Assembly: GCA_013336285.1 (NCBI GenBank)
Contig: JAAXTX010000003.1
Span: 3,448 to 67,447 of the forward strand
Source: Candidatus Moraniibacteriota bacterium
GTDB taxonomy: Bacteria; Patescibacteriota; Minisyncoccia; Moranbacterales; UBA1568
Length of the DNA: 64,000 bases
Reading direction: 5' to 3'
This document shows positions 59,112 through 64,000 of the stretch, piece by piece; position 1 is the stretch's first letter, and each line of letters begins with the position of its first letter. A program made the translations under genes and the position numbers. The notes beneath the pieces were generated by a model. It saw nothing but the letters and a program-made list of their open reading frames with translations, searched no databases and had not been told where the DNA came from.

Positions 59112-60389
59112 TTATCCTCCCTTTTTGAGTCCGGCAAGTTTAAGCGCCTTTTCTTCCGCTTTCGTACGCATCTCCGCGAGTCTCGCCTTGAGATTTCGCT
59201 CCATCCCTTTCGCCGTGTCACTCTCAGGCTTCAGTTTCGACAATTCGGATTCGATCTCACCAAGAGCCTGGGAAAGCTCCCGAAGACCGTTCACGTCAGA
59301 GATAAGATCAACACTGAAGCTCTCAATCCTGGATATCAGTCCGCGGAGCGCCATACAGTGTGCGTCATTCATTTCGGCCTCGCGTTCCTTTTCCAGCTTC
59401 TTGAGTTCCTCATCGATTATGGACTTCAACAGCGCCTGTTCCTCAACCGACGAGCACAGCGCGAGTTCCATCGAATACAGGTCCTCGGGCAGCACGTATT
59501 CCCTTGCCGCGAGAATTGCGGTCACCTCCGCGGTCTGCGTCGCAAGACACAGTCTGCGATCGGATATCTTCGGGAAAATGACCGTCGCTTTTCCGGACTG
59601 GATCAGCTGCTCACGCTTCACGCGATACTGATGAAAGATTCTGCCCATGGCCCTGAACAGGGCTTCATCCCTGATCATGGATGGGAACTCGAGCGTCAAC
59701 CGGGAGAGGTCCTGAATATCCTGCAGTCTCAGTTCGCCGGAAAACGCATGCATGCTGCCGTTTTGGAACCCCTTGATCATGGTGGTGATATCGGATTCGC
59801 TGTCCAGATAATCCACATAGGTCATATAGAGGAAGCGGTCAAGTACGGCAAATGCCTGCTCGTTGCGTTTCAGATACTGGCCTGGTTCCACGTTCGTGTC
59901 ACAGTAAGCCGTTACGAGCGGCAGATCGACGACCTGACTTCCGCGCTCAAGGACTCGCTCATTCAGTTCCGACAGCATAGAGCGGAGCAACGGAAGGTTC
60001 GCGTCGAGGAATTCACCAAGACGCGCGATATCGGCCTCGGGAAGCATTCCCGCGATATTGTGTTCCAGCCTTCCCTCTTCCCGCATCACCTTCGGATTAT
60101 AGGGACCGTTCAAAGCCGTATCGTCCATGAACATGTTCAGCTCGATCTTGAAGATCTTGCTGCCGTTCACGCGGGACGTCAGTTTGTTGAACAGCGCCGT
60201 TTTCGAAGTGCCGGGAGGGCCGAAAACCAGGACGTGCTGTTTCTGGATGAGTCCGTACTTCAGAAACTTTATCAACTGTTCCCGATGCACGAAGCACTTT
60301 TCCAGCTCAGTGAAGAAGGCATTATACCTTTCCACGGTCTCCTGAAATGCCGTTCCGGACAAACGGGGCGTATTCGATTTTTTTGTCAT
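59112..60389 (-). CDS. MoxR-class AAA+ ATPase, RavA-like.
   Basis: Walker A reads VLVFGPPGTSKT, and the region EGRLEHNIAGMLPEADIARLGEFLDANLPLLRSMLSELNERVLERG aligns with RavA. The Walker B position appears as LGE rather than LDE. There is a C-terminal coiled coil. Confidence 0.72.
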   Translation of the reverse strand: MTKKSNTPRLSGTAFQETVERYNAFFTELEKCFVHREQLIKFLKYGLIQKQHVLVFGPPGTSKTALFNKLTSRVNGSKIFKIELNMFMDDTALNGPYNPKVMREEGRLEHNIAGMLPEADIARLGEFLDANLPLLRSMLSELNERVLERGSQVVDLPLVTAYCDTNVEPGQYLKRNEQAFAVLDRFLYMTYVDYLDSESDITTMIKGFQNGSMHAFSGELRLQDIQDLSRLTLEFPSMIRDEALFRAMGRIFHQYRVKREQLIQSGKATVIFPKISDRRLCLATQTAEVTAILAAREYVLPEDLYSMELALCSSVEEQALLKSIIDEELKKLEKEREAEMNDAHCMALRGLISRIESFSVDLISDVNGLRELSQALGEIESELSKLKPESDTAKGMERNLKARLAEMRTKAEEKALKLAGLKKGG

Positions 60390-60510
60390 TGTCCCACTCC
60401 TTTTTTGGAATTATTAAGGCGCAAATATATTCGGATATGAAATCCAAATAAAGCATACGATAGTATATAATTTTAATTTTGTCAAGTATTTTATACATAA
60501 TGGAGTTGAG

Positions 60511-60548
60511 AAAAAAAAGACGGACCAGAGCTTTGCTCTGATCCGCTT
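60511..60548 (-). terminator. Rho-independent terminator between the TerF-like vWA gene and the AAA+ gene.
   Basis: On the minus strand, GGATCAGAGC-AAA-GCTCTGGTCC followed by GTC-TTTTTTTT. Confidence 0.6.
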
Positions 60549-60574
60549 CGTCGATTTGACGACTTTGTCGTCGT

Positions 60575-61348
60575 TTACTTCTTCAACCAGTCGATCAGCT
60601 CCTGCTGAATGAGAATCTGGTTGATTTCCTCATCGGACATCTTCAGGAATGCCGGAATGTTACGGCAGATGTGAAGGCCGGTGTTGGAGAACTCGTCGGC
60701 GATTTCCTGAAGGAAGCGGAACTGGCCGCCCTGATTGGAAAAGGCGAAGAACTGTACGTACATCTCATCTCCACGCTGTTCCATCTCCTGAAGCAGCTGC
60801 CTGGTCTCGGCCTTATCGCTATTGTCACCGTCCGTACCGAACAGTACGAGCGATTTCCGCTTGACCGAGGTATTTACGGATGCCGCTGCCGGCTGAGCAT
60901 GACCGCCGAACATTTTTCCGAAGAAACCGCCGGATTTAGGCTGAACTGCGGCGACATCAGGTGCGAGCCATCCGAAATGCTGAAGGTTCTTTCTCAGGAC
61001 ATAATGATAGTCCGTGCCTCCGTTGTACCCAGGCACCTTATCGATGATATTGTCCCAGACATAGTTCAGATAATTTTTCTCATTGATCTCCCCGACATAA
61101 TACGCGTTCCGGGCACCGTTACTAAAGGTGAACATGTCGATCTTCTTGTCAGGGTCGAACACGAGCCCCCACGGGATCAATCTGGATACGATATCATTGG
61201 TCAGGCCAGCCTTATGTTCATCATCGAACGAACCGGACACGTCCAGATCGAACGCGACGTCCACGGAAGGGATATTCGTGATACCGGCTTTCTGCAGATC
61301 GAGTACCAGCGTCTGCTCCGCTTTCTTCAAATCGAGTGCGAGTGCCAT
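60575..61348 (-). CDS. vWA domain protein of the TerF/TerY-associated type (vWA-TerF-like).
   Basis: MIDAS motif FDLDVSGSFDD, GGTDYHYV and LVLFGTDGDNSD. The N-terminal segment MALALDLKKAEQTLVLDL resembles the TerD-family N-terminus. Confidence 0.55.
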   Translation of the reverse strand: MALALDLKKAEQTLVLDLQKAGITNIPSVDVAFDLDVSGSFDDEHKAGLTNDIVSRLIPWGLVFDPDKKIDMFTFSNGARNAYYVGEINEKNYLNYVWDNIIDKVPGYNGGTDYHYVLRKNLQHFGWLAPDVAAVQPKSGGFFGKMFGGHAQPAAASVNTSVKRKSLVLFGTDGDNSDKAETRQLLQEMEQRGDEMYVQFFAFSNQGGQFRFLQEIADEFSNTGLHICRNIPAFLKMSDEEINQILIQQELIDWLKK

Positions 61349-61373
61349 GCGGCTTCTCCTTTGTTTAGTTTCG

Positions 61374-62567
61374 TTATTTCGACTTCAATTGATTTACCAC
61401 ATCTTCCAATCCTCGCTGGACGGTATAAACATCCGTCTTCGTGAGGTCTTTCGCCTGTACGATTCCAACCTGTTCGATCCAGGCCGGAAGTTTCAGCAGT
61501 ACGCCGTCTTGAATCCTGGAAATCAGTTCCCCGATCTCCCGGACCATCGATTGACGTCCGATGTCCCCCTGCTTGATCTGCACGACGGTCTGAGTCAGAC
61601 TCAGGCTCCGCTCGAGCAGACGCTGTGACAATGACTCTTGTTCCGGAGTCTTGTTCGTCAGCAGGTTCGACAGGTAATGCGCCGCAAGACTTTGCGCTTC
61701 CAGCGTGACCGACAGACTCACATACTCCCGTGCCCCGTCGTCGATCTTCGACTGGATATCTATGATATCCGGCAAAACCGCGCGAAGGAACGTGCTGAGC
61801 TGGTCTATCTCGGCCTCCCTTTCCCGAAAAGCCTCCAACGGGCTTTCCCACTTTTTCCAGAACGCGAGTCCGGAATTGTCCTGGTTCTTGAACGAATCGG
61901 CCACTTCCAGAAGCAGGGCATACAGGCGCCCAAGATGTCTTTGGCTGTCCCGTATCCTCTCGCTCCCGGTCAAAGCTAGCGATTCCTTCACCAGTTTACC
62001 GTACCGTTCCTGATCCTTGGTCCCCCAACTGACGCTGATTTTCATCGTAAGCGTCTCAAGTACCGTCTTGATCAGGATGTCCCTGACCGCCGTCAGCGTC
62101 TCGACAGAATTCGCGGGGAACCGCTTTGTCAGTTCATTCATCTCGACTTCCAACCCCTTTCTAACGACGCCGCCGGGAATGGTCGTCGATTTGGTGACCG
62201 TCATCGGCTTCCTTTCATTCTCCGGAATCACTTTGGGAGGAGGAGCCGACGGTATGACTGTCGGCTTCCTCGGCGGTTGTTCTTTCTTCACCTCAGGCAC
62301 TGAGCCTTTTTCCGGAACAGGTCCGGAAGGAATGATTGTCGGCCGGACGGGCCCCTTTAGCGGAGCGTTACCGGATCCGATGACCGTCGGCTTCAGTCGA
62401 TCATGTGGAGGATCCTGTGACTCAGTTGACCGACCGATATTCTGGGCGACGATAATCGTCGGCTTGAATACGGTAGGTTTCACCTGATTACATTCCCCTC
62501 CGATAATCGTCGGCTTTAACTCTCCGGATCCAGTGCCGGAGACGGCAATTGGTTCTGTCCCCAGCAT
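61374..62567 (-). CDS. Protein with N-terminal K-P-T-[VI]-I repeats (about 7 copies) and a ~250-aa alpha-helical C-terminal domain. A TelA-like assignment is possible but unverified.
   Basis: Repeats read KPTIIGG, KPTVFKPTIIV, KPTVIGSG, RPTIIPSG, KPTVIPSA. The C-terminal domain is predicted to be coiled-coil/helical. Confidence 0.4.
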   Translation of the reverse strand: MLGTEPIAVSGTGSGELKPTIIGGECNQVKPTVFKPTIIVAQNIGRSTESQDPPHDRLKPTVIGSGNAPLKGPVRPTIIPSGPVPEKGSVPEVKKEQPPRKPTVIPSAPPPKVIPENERKPMTVTKSTTIPGGVVRKGLEVEMNELTKRFPANSVETLTAVRDILIKTVLETLTMKISVSWGTKDQERYGKLVKESLALTGSERIRDSQRHLGRLYALLLEVADSFKNQDNSGLAFWKKWESPLEAFREREAEIDQLSTFLRAVLPDIIDIQSKIDDGAREYVSLSVTLEAQSLAAHYLSNLLTNKTPEQESLSQRLLERSLSLTQTVVQIKQGDIGRQSMVREIGELISRIQDGVLLKLPAWIEQVGIVQAKDLTKTDVYTVQRGLEDVVNQLKSK

Positions 62568-62588
62568 GCTGGCTCCTGTTTGAGTTTT

Positions 62589-63209
62589 TTACTGAAAGTA
62601 TCCGAGAATGGCATTGAAATCGCCGTTGAAGCCGGACCCAGCCGCTTCATACGACCATCCGTTCGCACCGAGAATGAGGCTGCCCATCTGGACGGCATCG
62701 AACTCGCCGAACTGATTGGAGAGTATGTACTCCCCAAGAATCTTCCCGCTTTCGTCCTTGATCCTGATACCAGCGTCCGTCACCTGCGAAAACTTCGCGG
62801 TATGTGTCGGATGTATCGTGACAAATATCGGGATTTCGTTCACGCCCGGCGGGATCAGACTGCCGTCGATCGTAATGATCTCGTCGACCGTTGCACCGAT
62901 GCCCGTTCTGGCATCGCCGCTGTGGCGCAACGACCCGCATGGCGTCATGAACGGCCGTTTGTCGCCAGACTTTCTTGACGAGGCTGAACCGTCAGCCAGC
63001 GGAAGGCCTGGATTATAGGTCGAGAGGACCTGGGCCATGTCGGTGATCTTCGCACCAAAACCGTTATTGGTGGCAAGAAGCGCATGACCATCAAGATCGT
63101 GCTCTGATTCCCAGAACAGCTCGACGGAGAACTTTGCGCCTTTGTCAAGGTTCAAGCTCAGCTTAGGGGCGACGTCGCCTTCTTTCTTGAGAGGAAGTGT
63201 TAAAGCCAT
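62589..63209 (-). CDS. TerD-domain stress protein (TerD/TerE/TerZ family).
   Basis: MALTLPLKK...LSLNLDK N-terminus and the calcium-binding-type motif RHSGDARTGIGATVDEIITID (consensus HSGDNxTGEGDGDDE), at 206 aa. Confidence 0.75.
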   Translation of the reverse strand: MALTLPLKKEGDVAPKLSLNLDKGAKFSVELFWESEHDLDGHALLATNNGFGAKITDMAQVLSTYNPGLPLADGSASSRKSGDKRPFMTPCGSLRHSGDARTGIGATVDEIITIDGSLIPPGVNEIPIFVTIHPTHTAKFSQVTDAGIRIKDESGKILGEYILSNQFGEFDAVQMGSLILGANGWSYEAAGSGFNGDFNAILGYFQ

Positions 63210-63324
63210 GGTAAAATCTCCTGTTTTTGTTGGATAGTATGACGACGCACGACATGCACGTCGCCAATTTCGTTTTGTTTTAAGAAGTTGGTATATCCCA
63301 CAATCGCCGATCCGCCGAAGCGTA

Positions 63325-64000
63325 TCAGCTTTTCAGGGCAAGCATCTCACGCTGGGCCTGTTCGAACATCTGACGCGTCTGATCGAACTTTGCCTTGTTC
63401 GACTCGATCGCCTGCTTGTTGATCGCCTCGAGTTCCTTCGTCTCCTTGACGATGTCCAGGATCTCCTGTGCCTGTGCCAGACGATTATCCCCCGGTGCGT
63501 TCGCGGCCTTGGTAATAACTTCCCTCCCCATACTGCCACTGATAGCGGCGATGTTCTTGTCGAGAGCATCGCTTTTTTCCGCGATCATCTGATTTTCCCT
63601 GATGGTGATCGCGCTGTGAAGCTTGAGGAGATTTTTCTTGATATTTACGAATTTGCCGACGATCGAATTGGCGGTCTCTTCGAACTGCTGAATACCGGCA
63701 TTCTGAATCTGGCTCAATACTATGTTGTCGGCCGGCAGCTTCGTCATCGTACCCTCCAGACTCAGTGCCCGGCTGGTCAGACTCTGTAGTTTCGCCTCAA
63801 GTTCGTCGATTTCCATTTTCTGCGTGATGTTGTTCGGATCGGCCGAACTCCTGAACGCAGCAACCTGGGCGGTTCCCTTTTCGAGCAGCAGCTTCGCAAA
63901 GATGACCTCATCGACGAAGACGGGGAAAGAGTCCCTGTACGCCTTGATCCGCAACTCCATGTCCTGCACCTCATTGAGCAAGACGCCCTGTGAGACTTGC
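63325..64000 (-). CDS. Alpha-helical/coiled-coil protein, 5'-partial (runs off the window). A TelA-like toxic-anion-resistance protein is possible.
   Basis: The ORF has no in-frame stop to the window end and is Glu/Gln/Lys/Ala-rich. It lies immediately upstream of the TerD gene. Confidence 0.3.
   Translation of the reverse strand, partial: QVSQGVLLNEVQDMELRIKAYRDSFPVFVDEVIFAKLLLEKGTAQVAAFRSSADPNNITQKMEIDELEAKLQSLTSRALSLEGTMTKLPADNIVLSQIQNAGIQQFEETANSIVGKFVNIKKNLLKLHSAITIRENQMIAEKSDALDKNIAAISGSMGREVITKAANAPGDNRLAQAQEILDIVKETKELEAINKQAIESNKAKFDQTRQMFEQAQREMLALKS

Overview
This 64-kb window is gene-dense and compact, with roughly 55% GC. Many adjacent genes overlap by 4 nt in the ATGA pattern or sit 4 nt apart. 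TGA, TAA and TAG all act as ordinary stop codons, so translation table 11 applies.

Several calls are archaeal-type or reduced enzymes: a 481-aa RtcB, an archaeal-type UMP kinase, a 414-aa ProRS with no editing domain, and a roughly 440-aa class IIb AspRS. Together with VPCG-motif T4SS-like pilins and widespread membrane anchoring, these suggest a Patescibacteria/CPR-like bacterium. That lineage assignment is inference only.

Most of the window, from about 1.8 kb to 52.9 kb, is one extended cell-surface glycan locus. It carries six GT4 glycosyltransferases, UDP-glucose 6-dehydrogenase, a GalE-like epimerase, an ArnC/DPM1-like polyprenyl-phosphate GT2, a UPF0104 flippase-like protein, a Wzx flippase, an O-antigen-ligase-like protein, a WbaP-like initiating transferase, a small Wzz-like protein and, most strikingly, five paralogous ArnT/PMT-like GT-C membrane glycosyltransferases. 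Four of the five sit in one convergent block.

Housekeeping genes are interspersed: proS, an AspRS, pheS, pheT, archaeal-type pyrH, speH, queH, and an RNase P RNA (rnpB) that the ORF track covers with spurious ORFs.

The right end, 58.2-64 kb, holds a Ter-like stress-response module. In order it contains a TerD-domain protein, two helical proteins (one with KPT[VI]I repeats), a TerF-type vWA protein, a rho-independent terminator, and then a RavA-like MoxR AAA+ ATPase followed by a membrane-anchored vWA protein.

Other unusual items are listed here. A membrane-anchored ClpA/B-family AAA+ protein has a degenerate D1 ATPase. An HtrA/PDZ-like protein lacks the catalytic His and Ser. A pilin-like protein carries a long Thr/Gly-rich and Cys-rich C-terminal extension. 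A PEP-utilising mobile domain has Asp in place of the phospho-histidine. A 23S-IVS-family four-helix-bundle gene between pheS and pheT is interrupted by TAG at a conserved Gln codon. A 47-bp tandem repeat array lies in a 790-bp intergenic region. A run of degenerate heptamers is present at a GT4 gene end.
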